Part shown: positions 1 to 13,270 of the stretch, piece after piece
Position numbering within the stretch: position 1 is the stretch's first letter
How the letters are laid out: every line of letters begins with the position of its first letter
The notes under the pieces: model-generated
What the model saw: only the letters and a program-made list of their open reading frames with translations
Databases searched by the model: none
Told to the model about the DNA's origin: nothing
Translations under genes and position numbers: made by a program
Assembly (NCBI GenBank): GCA_964016885.1
Contig: OZ024743.1
Coordinates: forward strand, 314,836,001-314,900,000
Direction: 5' to 3'
Length of the DNA: 64,000 nucleotides
From: Eledone cirrhosa
Lineage: Eukaryota

Positions 1-308
1 ATCTTGCATTAAGTATTTTCTGACCGCTATCTACTCATACCTGAAGCAACTGTTTTACACTAATAGAGATGAAGCAGAAAATGTAGGCGCGGGAGGGCCA
101 AGAAGAGTAAAGTAAGCAAAAATATTTAAAACATAGAGGGGGTAAATAAACCCAAATAATCCCTTAAACGGTGTAAGTTTATATATACATAAACACATTT
201 AAATGTTTATATATAAATACACACTCATATATATATATATATACATATATATATAAATACATACACATATATACACTCACACATATGCACGTATATGCAC
301 ACTCACAG

Positions 309-356
<48 letters not shown>

Positions 357-584
357 GTACATACACATGTAGGCTTATACACACATTCGTATACGTATAT
401 TGACGAGTGTGTTGTGTTAATGAAACAAAACCTAAGTGCATCGAAGTGGATGTGCAACATTTAAGTCGTACAATACGTAAAGAAGATGATCATTTAGACC
501 TGGAAACGAACACTTGCTGCATATTTTACAATATCAACAATTTTCCAAGTGTCTCCCCTTCTTTATGTTGTCTATAGATATATG

Positions 585-728
585 ACGGCGGCGAATTGAG
601 ACAGTCATGAGAACGTCACATAGAATGTTTTGTGGTATACGTTCCAGATCAATGCTCTCTGTGTTCAAATCTCGCCGAGGTCATCTTTGGCTTTCATCCT
701 TTCGAGATCGATAAAATAAAGTACCAGT
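585..728 (+). mobile_element. tRNA-derived SINE, degenerate copy
   Basis: B-box-like GTTCAAATCTCGCC followed by GGCTTTCATCCTTTCGAGATCGATAAAATAAAGTACCAGT; same motif at 2311-2446 and 43725-43918. Confidence 0.75.
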
Positions 729-907
729 CTAGAATGGAATCATTCTTCCTCTATATGCCTGTCTCATTTTCTCTCTGTCACATTCTATCCACCTCTGAAA
801 TCTGGAGAGGGAAGAGCTCTGACAGGCTTCAAATGCCCAAGAAACGCTGTATGTCACTACGACGCCCGTACGACTCCATCCAGTGTTACGGGAACGTACC
901 ATATATA

Positions 908-1215
908 TATGATGATGGCAATAACTCGATTTTGAGCAATGCTGTCGCTTGATACTTAAGCATCAACATCAGTTAGGTGGCTTTTTAGTCCTGTTAGGTT
1001 ACTTGCATATGGCCAGTAATGTCATTCATCGCAAGAATTATCACATATCAAGCGATGCCTGTGCTTAAAGCTTTTTTAAGTGTGGACAGAAGCTAATCCC
1101 ACTCTCGGTACATCGAATGCATTTACCCAAAAAGTAGAACAGGTTTACATCATTGGATGCAAACGAAGACGCATGTATTATATCAGAGTGACCTTCTCCT
1201 AGAAAGATGCCTTAA
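908..1215 (-). mobile_element. Non-autonomous RTE-related short element with (CAT)n tail
   Basis: Reverse complement aligns by eye with 59283-59450 (TCTAGGAGAAGG..CTCTGATATAA..GAGAGTGGGA..GCACAGGCAT) and with the (CAT)n-ending tails at 23950-24090 and 59780-59895. Confidence 0.6.
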
Positions 1216-1375
1216 TGAAGAGAGTTTCTTCTATCGATTCATTCAAAATGGGAATGGTTTGGGGAGAAATCTGAGATAATGCCTAAATATAGAAGATATT
1301 TTGAGTCAGGTATTGCGTTAACTGCAGTAAAAGAGTCTAATATTTTAGAAATACGACTATAGAATTGTGTAACCT

Positions 1376-1440
<65 letters not shown>

Positions 1441-2083
1441 AAATTGGTCTTATTGTATTTTTATTCATTGATTAGAGTTGTTATATAGCGAGTTATTCTA
1501 ATGAATAAGAATAGAATACGACCAATATACAATCCATTGCTGTAACTAACTAAAAACATTTAATATAAACATTAAATAAAATATAAGTAAACATATGTAA
1601 TGGAAAAGAAAACAATAACTTTGATATTCTCAACACATACAAATTTGAACACTACAGAAACTATCATCACATTACATCCACCGTAAATGTTAATACACTA
1701 ACACATTTGCTTGATATGCTTATATTTTATGTGATACATTTGCTATACAATATGTATATATACCTAATAACTTTGCTTGTTTCCTTCTCATATATATGAC
1801 TAACGCATGTGCACTTTCTACACGCTTGCATATGTACTGCTAGTGTCCTCATTCTTTCTCAATGCCTCTTTAATTATAAGACTATTCTCTTGTATTATCT
1901 GTCGCATGTATTCCACTGTGTGCGTTTAACTTTAATTTGAATTATTGTACAATTCTCGTATAATATAAGTCGCATCCATTACACCCTGTAAATACGAAAC
2001 TGTTGTTCACAACATCAATATATATGTATCTATATGATTGTTCAGTTGAATAGGAGGTTAATTATATGTACAAACATTGCCTA

Positions 2084-2130
2084 TGCTCCGATGACGCCAA
2101 ACGAAAGTTTGGAAGAAACGATTGTCAACA
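2084..2130 (+). ncRNA. Degenerate type I hammerhead ribozyme (C4 core)
   Basis: CCGATGA-(cg)CCAAAC gaaa GTTTGG(aa)-GAAA-CGATTG-TC-aaca; stem I imperfect. Confidence 0.5.
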
Positions 2131-2310
2131 ATATAATGATTTTAACATAACTTTGATAATTATGTAATTTATATTCCTGCTCTGTAAAACACGAGATATC
2201 CTTACATTGAGGTATTTCTGTTAGTGGTAGTAATAAATTACTGACCTTTCCTGTTTGTAGTTCTTTATAGTATATACATAACTATAAATAGTATCATTAT
2301 ATATATATAT

Positions 2311-2446
2311 ATTACGGCCCTTGCCATTCTGAGTTCAAATCCCGCCAAGGTTACCTTTGCCTTTCATCCTTACGGGGTCGATAAAATAAAGTACCAGTAA
2401 TGCACTGGGTAATTGCTGGCCTTGTGCCAAAAGTAGAAACAATTAT
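2311..2446 (+). mobile_element. tRNA-derived SINE (3' part)
   Basis: TCTGAGTTCAAATCCCGCC..GCCTTTCATCCTTACGGGGTCGATAAAATAAAGTACCAGT..GGCCTTGTGCCAAAAGTAGAAACAATTAT; near-identical to 43798-43918. Confidence 0.85.
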
Positions 2447-2544
2447 ATATAGATATATATATATATATGTAATCCAAATATCATAAAAAGAGAAGATGCA
2501 TTCAAAAGTTTTCGGTGAAAATCACTGGAAAACAGACCCAAGAT

Positions 2545-2645
2545 AAATTAATAAAAACAATGAATAAAAACTAAGAACAAGTTCCTTATATTGAATTGTT
2601 TAATATAAGGAACTTGTTCTTTGTTTTTATTCATCGTTTTTATTA

Positions 2646-2650
<5 letters not shown>
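2545..2650. repeat. Short foldback (about 50-bp arms) abutting (TA)n
   Basis: ..AAGAACAAGTTCCTTATATTGAA ttgt TTAATATAAGGAACTTGTTCTT..; related to 2836-2880. Confidence 0.85.
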
Positions 2651-2704
<54 letters not shown>

Positions 2705-2889
2705 GATAAATCTACCAAGAGTTTACGGTAGTGTCCAATCCGTATGAAGAACTCAATGTATTCCGGATATCATGGAAAGAAGAGATGTAATGAAAAATCA
2801 CTTTCGGTGAAAGATAAACGGTATACAGAGTCAAGATAAAATATTAAACAAATAATGAATAAACAATTCCTTATATTAAACAAAAAAAG

Positions 2890-3044
2890 TTCATTATTTA
2901 ACGATCGTTTCTAGGATATATATGTGTTAGAATTGGTATGCATATTCAACAGATCTATGTACAAAATTATACAAAATTATACAAATTATCAAGATTAAAT
3001 ATACATACCAAACACATATATACGCCGTCTTCAGAAATAATGAA
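2890..3044 (-). ncRNA. Type I hammerhead ribozyme with long stem II (mirror copy of 6647-6801)
   Basis: Reverse complement of 6647-6801. Confidence 0.75.
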
Positions 3045-3739
3045 GTATATTTATTGATAATAACAACAATTCAAAATTTCAGGTCCGTTTGGGAACAAAA
3101 TTGACCAATGAAAACACAAAGGGTTAAATGCAGTTCGGTGTGTGTATATACATGTAAAACCCTTACACATATTTTACAAAAATGTATGTATAATTTGTAT
3201 ACGCATACTAAAAGGATGGATGCAAATACAAAATTTCAAGGTTAATGTCTCTGTAAATTTATAATGCACAGATAAGATGCGTATTGACACTTATGAAATT
3301 AAGTATACAAATATATTTTTTCATACTCACACATATCCGTACAATCACACATACACGCGCGTATATGCATAAATATACACATAACCACGAACATACAAAC
3401 ACACACACACCCCCACTCACATTTATATATGTGGATATAAAATCATAAGCACATGGATATTAATTCACTCACATAAAACACTGGCACACACATTTTTAGA
3501 TCAAGATACAGAAATTAGGTGGGAGGGGGGGGGGAGGGGTCAGTATTCAACGGTCTGAGCAGACTGCCTAATATAGATGTATCTATAAACTAAGAAAAAT
3601 AAAATAAAAAAATAAAAAAATAAAAAAATAAATAAATAAATAAATAAAAAATAAATAAACATTGAAGAGGAAAGAATAGAATGAAAAACAGAAAAAAGAA
3701 AAAAGAAAAAAGAAAAAAGAAATATATCAAGAAAATAAA

Positions 3740-3772
3740 TATATATATATATATACACATATATACACATAC

Positions 3773-3805
<33 letters not shown>

Positions 3806-4368
3806 TATATATATATATATAAATATACATATATATACACATAGACACACACACACCCATACATAAATATACACACATATACAAACACATACATACATAT
3901 ACACACATCCACACTAAGAACATACATACACACACATATATAAACATATACATATACACGCATACATACATACACACATATACATACAAATACACATACA
4001 TATATATATACATATATATATATACACACATATATATATATATATATACATATATATGTATATACACGTACACATACACACACATATACATATAATCACA
4101 CATACTATATAGACACAGATATATATAACCACACACATACATGCACATATACAACACTTACATACTAATATACATACAGATATACACATACATAGCTATA
4201 TATACACACAAATATATACAGACTTACATATATACATACAGACAAATACTTACGCATCTATATATCGGTATATACATACAAACACCACTACACTATCACA
4301 CAACTTAGAAATACAAAGAGAAAGGTATATACCTATACACACATACATATACAAATAGAAAAACATAT

Positions 4369-4407
<39 letters not shown>

Positions 4408-4704
4408 TATACATATACATATATATATATATAACACATATATATATATATATATATATGCACATACAAATACACATACACACACATACAGATATATACA
4501 CATACATACATGTACACACACATAGAAATATTTACGCATACACACATACACACATACATATAAAGTCATACACACGCATACACCTACACGAACATACACA
4601 TACACATATATAAAGATATATATACAGACACACACACACACAACACATATACACATACACATATATATAAAAAATAAATAATAAAGATATATACATATAT
4701 ATAT

Positions 4705-4759
<55 letters not shown>

Positions 4760-5046
4760 CACCTAAATATACATACACATACATACACACATACATAGAC
4801 ATACATGTACATACATACACGTACATCGATATACATATATATATATATACATACATAGACATATACATACATATGCACTTACTTATACTCATATATACAA
4901 ATACATACGCATCCATATATGCGTATATACATAAAAAACCACTACAACCTCACCTAACTCAGACATACAAATAAAAATAATAATAAAAAGGCATATGTAT
5001 ATACATACACACACGCATTAATAGAGATATATATCTACACATACAT

Positions 5047-5100
<54 letters not shown>

Positions 5101-5355
5101 ACTCATACATATATATATATATATACATAGATACCCACACGCTCATACCACCATAAATACACATACAAACACCCACATATACATATATATACACACGTAT
5201 ATATATATATATATATACACACACATAAAAAACAGACATGCACATATATATATATTTTTTTTTACACTTATATATACACATATTATATACACATACACAA
5301 CCTCACTTATACATACATACACATAAGTTATATTATAATAATAAAAAATAATATA

Positions 5356-5389
<34 letters not shown>

Positions 5390-5479
5390 CATACATACAT
5401 ATATATATATATATACATATAAACATATACATACATATATACACACATACGAATATAGACATATATTCACACATAGACA

Positions 5480-5547
<68 letters not shown>

Positions 5548-5935
5548 TACATATATACAGACACATATACACACTCACATATATATGTGTGTGCACACAC
5601 ACATATATACACACATACACATATATACACATAAACACATATATGTGCATACATGCACACACACACACATATATCACATAGATAAGAAGATAGACATATA
5701 AATAGAGAGACATACATATATATACAACACACATACACACACATACATACACACACATATACATATACATATATATATACATATATATATTCCTATATAT
5801 ACATATATACATATATACACACATATATACACATACATACACATATACGTACACACATTCACATACACATACATATATACATGCATATATACACATATAT
5901 ACATACATACACACACTCATATATACACACACAAT
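3740..5935. repeat. Compound degenerate (TA)n/(CA)n microsatellite field
   Basis: About 2.2 kb of interleaved TA/CA/TACA repeats; source of the spurious YIYI/CVYV ORFs. Confidence 0.95.
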
Positions 5936-6646
5936 CTTACATTCATATTTGCATGCGCATATATGTATTTTTATATTTAGATATAAATACCCAAACCTAT
6001 ATAGACACCTACCTACATATATATTCATACATACACGCTTACAAATACAGATGATAATAGTATGGGGGAAAGGGGGGGTTTGGAGAAGGGGATCAAAGAA
6101 AATATATGTTTCAAGAAACATGTGTGTTTGTATGTTCGTGGTTATGTGTATATTTATGCATATACGCGCGTGTATGTGTGATTGTACGGATATGTGTGAG
6201 TATGAAAAAATATATTTGTATACTTAATTTCAAACATGTGTGTTTGTATGTTAATTTCAAACATGTGTGTTTGTAATTTCAAACATGTGTGTTTGTATGT
6301 TCGTGGTTATGTGTATATTTATGCATATACGCGCGTGTATGTGTGATTGTACGGATATGTGTGAGTATGAAAAAATATATTTGTATACTTAATTTCATAA
6401 GTGTCAATACGCATCTTATCTGTGCATTATAAATTTACAGAGACATTAACCTTGAAATTTTGTATTTGCATCCATCCTTTTAGTATGCGTATACAAATTA
6501 TACATACATTTTTGTAAAATATGTGTAAGGGTTTTACATGTATATACACACACCGAACTGCATTTAACCCTTTGTGTTTTCATTGGTCAATTTTGTTCCC
6601 AAACGGACCTGAAATTTTGAATTGTTGTTATTATCAATAAATATAC

Positions 6647-6801
6647 TTCATTATTTCTGAAGACGGCGTATATATGTGTTTGGTATGTATATTTAATCTT
6701 GATAATTTGTATAATTTTGTATAATTTTGTACATAGATCTGTTGAATATGCATACCAATTCTAACACATATATATCCTAGAAACGATCGTTAAATAATGA
6801 A
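6647..6801 (+). ncRNA. Type I hammerhead ribozyme with 116-nt stem II domain
   Basis: Stem I TTCATTATTT/AAATAATGAA (10 bp); core CTGAAGA 6657-6663; stem II TATATATGTGTT/AACACATATATA plus TGGTATG/CATACCA; GAAA 6780-6783; palindromic stem III ACGATCGT; GUU site at 6791. Confidence 0.8.
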
Positions 6802-6846
6802 CTTTTTTTGTTTAATATAAGGAATTGTTTATTCATTATTTGTTTA

Positions 6847-7058
<212 letters not shown>

Positions 7059-7119
7059 ATGCTCTGATACCATCAACAATATAAACACAGAGCTAGCTGG
7101 CATTTCTAAGAACTGACTA

Positions 7120-7175
7120 ACTGCCTGATGAGGTCATACCCATTCAATGGCTATCATCAAAATATATATACCAGT
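7120..7175 (+). ncRNA. Decayed hammerhead, same family as 7441-7493
   Basis: ACTGC-CTGATGA-GGTCATACCC..GGCTATCATC-AAAA (for GAAA)-TATATATA-CCAGT. Confidence 0.5.
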
Positions 7176-7217
7176 AAATAAACGATTATAAGTTCATGCA
7201 ATTGACTTATGTTTCGT

Positions 7218-7282
<65 letters not shown>

Positions 7283-7289
7283 TAGATAG

Positions 7290-7612
7290 ATAGATTTTGA
7301 GTTTATGTTGGTTGTATACCAACACCTCAGTATGCAGGCTGGAGCACGCGACGATGTGCGCAGGTTGGTTTGGTTACTCCGGAGTAGTGTAAAATAAAGT
7401 TAAATAAAAGTCAAATGATTAAAATTTAGCTTCGTTTATTACTGCTATATATTTCAGTGACAGCCATCTTTGGCTGTGACCTCTTCAGGCAGTTTGAATT
7501 AGTATGGTATAGACAAGTATATATGTTGTTTAGGTGTATAATATTGTCAATAATCTGATATGCCCAGTTCCTTGTTGGGTTGTTAATTCACTGAGGAACT
7601 GGAGTCATATAT
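7290..7612 (-). mobile_element. Non-coding PLE pLTR-like repeat (same family as 27852-28180)
   Basis: Shares ACACCTCAGTATGCAG..TGGAGCAC..CAGGTTGGTTTG..TACTCCGGAGTA and the HHR with 27852-28060; flanked by (TA)n. Confidence 0.75.
7441..7493 (-). ncRNA. Minimal type I hammerhead ribozyme
   Basis: Minus strand: ACTGC-CTGAAGA-GGTCACAGCC aaagat GGCTGTCACT-GAAA-TATA-TA-GCAGT; canonical core, palindromic stem III, AUA site. Confidence 0.82.
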
Positions 7613-8190
7613 TATATATATATATATATATAACGAAGGAAGTGTGGTAAGGAACCAGATGGATCATAACGCACTAGAGTACTCAATAGTTTGGGTAGTA
7701 GAGTGGGTAATAGGAAAATCATCAAGAAATGAAATAATAAAATTACAGAACATGTAGTTTTTATATTTTATGTAAAATCACGTTCTAGAATTACTTTAGA
7801 TTTTACATCAAATAGTCGGATAAATATATCCATTCGTAGGCCATGAACCCCTCATTAAGAAGAATATCTTCATGATGTACCTGGGTATTTAAACTGAATG
7901 TAGCTCAGCAATTTTCGAACTTGAGCACCATCGATGTCTTCCAAACAAAGACATATTGGAAGTAATTGTTTTACCTCAACAATGTGCGGTTACTCTAGAT
8001 ATCTACCTCAAAATTATGAAAGACATAGGTGAACTCGGCTGGGTTTTGGCTTCGAAATAGTGAGAGATTGAACAATGCCTGTAGAATATTCTATCGGACA
8101 TCCTGCCAATTCGCCGCATTAATACCAGTGTACAATCACCTGATATGACTATTTAAATTTGATATTATGTTTTCCTCTTAATAAAAGACA

Positions 8191-8228
<38 letters not shown>

Positions 8229-8821
8229 CCAGAAAGTGTCAATCATAAAGAAGAAAGTGAGAGAGAAGTTACCAATATTAATAATTCTCAAAGAAATATT
8301 TTCAGCACAACTAGTTGAATTCTCCTGGGGTAAAACAACCGCAGAGTAAATATAACTTCGATATTTTTTGCACTTTTGAAAAGAATGTGTAATAAATCTG
8401 AACATTAATATCCTCCTTCAAGATGAACAGTTTCATCATTAATCTGTTTTGTTATGGTGATATATTTTCTATGATTATCGAAAAGATAATTGCGAGAATA
8501 CACAACTCCTTACGTTGGCTCATATTCAAAACAAACAACTATTAAAGCTATTACAAGATTCATCGTAAATATATTACACGCAACTAGGTATTCACTCATT
8601 TATATGACAATGCATATATATATGTGCGTGTGTGAGTAGAAATATCTGTAGATGTGGAAATGGAAAAGAGTGCTCAATCGGGAAGAGAGCTGATATATTG
8701 TATTGCTTATTTATGTTTATATCATTGTGGAGTTATAGTCAATGGTGTGCAGTGAAATATTGTGTAGCAATATCGTTCCTTTTATTAACATAAATAAATA
8801 ATATATTATAATATATATATA

Positions 8822-8947
8822 TAAAGGAACCAAATAAATATATATATATTTTTTTAAATAAGACTCCTGTAGGACACCTCGGTTAATTTTCATTTTGTAA
8901 AAAAAACCTCACTTTCTAATATATATATATATATATATTAGAAAGTG
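8822..8947 (+). mobile_element. 3'-terminal fragment of the Neptune-like PLE pLTR family, with a short inverted end
   Basis: AAGGAACCAAATAAATATAT..GGACACCTCGGTTA..CACTTTCTAAT matches 35092-35230 and 45391-45530 with an internal deletion; inverted ATTAGAAAGTG follows the TA tract. Confidence 0.8.
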
Positions 8948-8953
8948 TGCATG

Positions 8954-9001
<48 letters not shown>

Positions 9002-9129
9002 CTACTGTACGTCTGTATACATATATGTATGTACGTATACATAGTTATATTTAAGTAACAGCCGTACTAAGAGTGGGAAATGAAATTTCATTTCATTTTT
9101 TCCTTATATATATATATAGTAATAATAAT

Positions 9130-9344
9130 AAATTTGAAGACTAAAATCCAAAGACGGCTCGATAAGGATAAATATATATCAAATATATAAGAGCCGTAGA
9201 GCAAATATTTATTAAAATATCAGATTAAAGTTTAAGCAAAGAAAGAATCGCTGCCTTCACCATTAACGGGATCTTCTGAGTTAGTTTCAGAAGATCCCGT
9301 TAAGGGTGAAGGCAGCGATTCTTTCTTTGCTTAAACTTAATCTG

Positions 9345-9350
<6 letters not shown>
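9130..9350. repeat. Dispersed repeat with about 65-bp foldback; family copy at 59980-60330
   Basis: AAGCAAAGAAAGAATCGCTGCCTTCACC..GGGATCTTCTGA / TCAGAAGATCCC..GGTGAAGGCAGCGATTCTTTCTTTGCTT. Confidence 0.85.
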
Positions 9351-9392
<42 letters not shown>

Positions 9393-10443
9393 TCATAAAT
9401 ATGCTTTCTTTGAAACAATAATTTATTTTTTCTACTTTTGGCACAAGGCCACCAATTGCCTCAGTGCATTGCTGGTGCTTTATTTTATCGAACTAATACA
9501 TGAACTAAAATAGTTTCTGACGCTGTACCAATACTGGTGAATCAATGACAATAATAGTATACATAAATGTTTTCTACAATTAGCTGAAGCCCATTAATTT
9601 GAGGAAAGAGAAAAATTGAATTTAGTTACCCAAGTTTTTAACTGGCTCTATACAACAACCATTTATTTCTTGTAAATCACAGTATACCTGAGACATCATA
9701 TTTCATACATAGTGAAGACATCTGCTTCTGAAGCGAAAACGGTTGGGTCGATGTTTGAAATGTTGGGATAGTTAGTTACCGTTTCACATTCGTTTTGACG
9801 TGATTATTTCGGTTTTGTAGACTTGAAACGACTGAAAGTTCACAGCAAAACCATCGTGTGGCCTAACCACCTAACTATGCGCCTTCAGAATACTAAACTA
9901 AATTGTATTTCGGAATGAAATGATAATACAGAAAGCAATATTGGTTTTACATTCCTCTTATTAAAGGTTCATTCAACTTGCAAAACTCCTCCTAAAGTGT
10001 CATATGTACTGTTTCCGATCTAATAAATAAAATGAAAAGATATCAAACTAACAGGTCGGACAGGATATAATATTTAACATATTACATTTTTCTACATGTT
10101 TACATAGAGAATGGAATATATCACTGTCAATTTCAGTGCTTTTCACATATATATACACCCATACACAAGATTGTTTTATATGTTCCTTTCAATCAGGTTT
10201 TAAGTTGTTTATCTTTCATTTCCATTACAATTGTATTACCTAAGGATTCCAATCTTCATACACTTTCTATTTAATATTTTTATTTCATTGTATCAATTTC
10301 TTACAACGAGGAGCCATAATATTTTTTGTTTTGCTACATTCCATATTTAGAGTAAATACGAAATTTAGAAAAGTAAGAACACCGGGAACTTTCTATGTTT
10401 CTGACACACTCTATATACAGATGCATGCGCTCACACACGCACA

Positions 10444-10476
<33 letters not shown>

Positions 10477-10548
10477 CCACACCCACACACACCCCCACAC
10501 ACACACACATACACACACACACCCATACACACATACACACATACACAC

Positions 10549-10602
<54 letters not shown>

Positions 10603-11381
10603 ATATTGTATGTAAAAGCGCTGCAGTGAACAAATCGTTATGTAACAAATTATATTTTAGCTTTTTCTACCTAGCAAATAAATTGTTTGAATTTCCTTTG
10701 AAAGCGAATGCAGTGATCTGAGATGGAAATTCTACCACCTATACCTTGTATCTATTTTTATAAAGGAGTCGTAAAATATCCATATATATTGTCATATTAT
10801 TTAACTCGTAGACATTTCAATAAATCTGTCTTATATCGATGCTATCTCTTAAGTAAACGTATGGTTTAACCTTACATTATGATTGTGATAAATTTAAGGA
10901 TTCTGTATTACGGATGATTCAATGGAAATGCTAATTGAGAAGCAATTACAAACCCAATGGCACATAGATTCGAACAGTCAGGGTGTCGATAAAACTTCAA
11001 ATGTCAAAATAACTATAGATAACTGAAAGGTGGGTATGTGTGCTAACAATTCTGTGCAATACAAATGGGTTAGAATACCAAGGTAACAAGTCAGAAAGAA
11101 ATTTAGAGATTGTGTTAGAAAGCAAAGAAGGAAGAAGAAAAGTAATCGAAAATAAAGAATAACTGAAAGTTATCTTAACTATTTATTATTCCCCAAATTT
11201 TTCGGATTAACTATCCTTTATCACGGAGAGGGTAATATGGGAGGGAGTTTAAAGAAATCAAACCTTATATATATTATGTGTTTGTGATTTATGTACAAAT
11301 TTACATATAAACACTTCCATGAGGGAGGAGATATATATATATATATCGAAGATATATATATTATCGTAGGAATGCTCCAAC

Positions 11382-11479
<98 letters not shown>

Positions 11480-13270
11480 TTTGTTAAGGAACTTCTTTCC
11501 ACTCATCTCATCACCAATAGTAACCATATGAAATTGTTTATAAGCGATTAGATGCACTTGCAATCCTCCCTTGTATTTTTACTCTGAGTTCATAAACCAC
11601 CAGGACTGACTTTGTCTTTCCTCATTTCGGGTTTCGGAGCCGGAGTTTGGCGGAATTTTTAAATGATTGGACGAAATGATTTACGGTATCTGATTCGGCG
11701 CTTTTCATTCTTAAGTAAAATCTGCCACAGCCAATGGTTTTAGTTGACCACACTTTTCCTTTTTAAATCTGTTATATGTTCTTATTTTCTGCAATGAATA
11801 TATGAGTGATATATATGTATTGTTATACTCTAATATGGCTATTTCTTGTACTTACAGGTAAGACGTTTATCTATCTGAATTGGCAAAGAGGACAAACAAT
11901 ATGGATTAAAACGTAAATATTAACTTTGATATATGGATATGAACTAATAGAAAACAAAATGTAATGATCATATGAGTGGGTTTACATAACTCAAAGACGA
12001 TTTTTCCTATTTATAAAACATTTTAAATATGTACCGGAAAATTATTGAACGTATTTAATTGTATATCAATATATCACGTGTAAATATTACCCTGCCTTCG
12101 ATGACAGGCCATTTTTGATAATGAAATAAACGCTAGTGTTTGTGAGGGCTGTTCTTAGAATATAAGTTAACATAACAGACGATTTTCAGTTAGTAACAAC
12201 AGTAGAAAGTTCAATGATAACAGGGTTTGCTGGATTTGACAGTCGTCTAAATTCTTTCGAAAGCTAATATGCTATACGGTTGGGAAGAATCATCGTCATA
12301 GTTACACAGCATATGTTAGTTGTCATACTTACGGAGAGAAGACAACAGAAACAATCCTCTATTTGGAATTCTGTGTAATGGCCAGGGCATGTCAAGACAA
12401 TCTGAAACAGAGAACTAGAAATTCAATTGAACTCATTGGGCCAGAAAATATATGTTTATGTGTTAAAGACTAGACATTATTTGGCAACGAAATACTCCAG
12501 TATGATGAGATCATCGTATCTCGAAACATAGTTGGCTACGGATTCAATACATACTGGAACAATGAAATAGCTCGAAAAAAGACCTAGGGAACATAGAAAT
12601 AATTGGAAATAGAAAGCCAACGAATTTTATACTTCTGTTGAAGCATATAGCATACTTGCTAACGGGTTGCTTCATTATGACCAGTTAAATGTGGCGCAAA
12701 AACTTCTATTACACTGTTAAATGATTTAGTAAATGTATGATTGTTTCTTTGAGCGTTCCAATGATTTTACGTCTATCTGGCAGCGGCGAAAGGAATTAAT
12801 AATGTTAGTTCGTAATTTACGAAATGTCAGCTTCCAATCGTATACACCTGATTAATTTTACCTGGATGAAACATTTATTGAGGTGAAGTATAGAAAATTA
12901 AATGAATAACAGTTCATTGTTTGAATTCACTTCATCTAGAATAAATAACGTTATTAATAGCAAGCACAAGAGTTTTATGATGTCAATAAGAAACAAAGAT
13001 ATATAAAACAAGCAAAACGCTATTTAGACTGTTTTTAATATACATTTATTCTACAAGGGGCGTCGTGTTACTGCACACATATATATATATATGTATATAT
13101 AATGAAGATAAATACACAAGTAATTGAAGAGTTATGATGATAACATTTCGTGTTCAATGTAACTCCACAATAATCACGATAATAGTAATGCTTTTTTACC
13201 AGTAGAATAGCATGTAAAAATCAATATAAGCATGAGAGAAAGTGAATTAGAAGTTAGTCAAAGCATCTAT

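Noticed and set aside
9280-9325. CAGAAGA-tCCCgttaaGGGt-GAAG hammerhead-like string (also 60078-60118 minus)
   Set aside because: Core deviates at two positions and stems I and III do not form
10080-10415. Possible Tc1/mariner-like end (..TGACACACTCTATA)
   Set aside because: No partner terminal inverted repeat or transposase remnant found
11990-12720. Possibly very old LINE-derived sequence
   Set aside because: No diagnostic motif recoverable by eye
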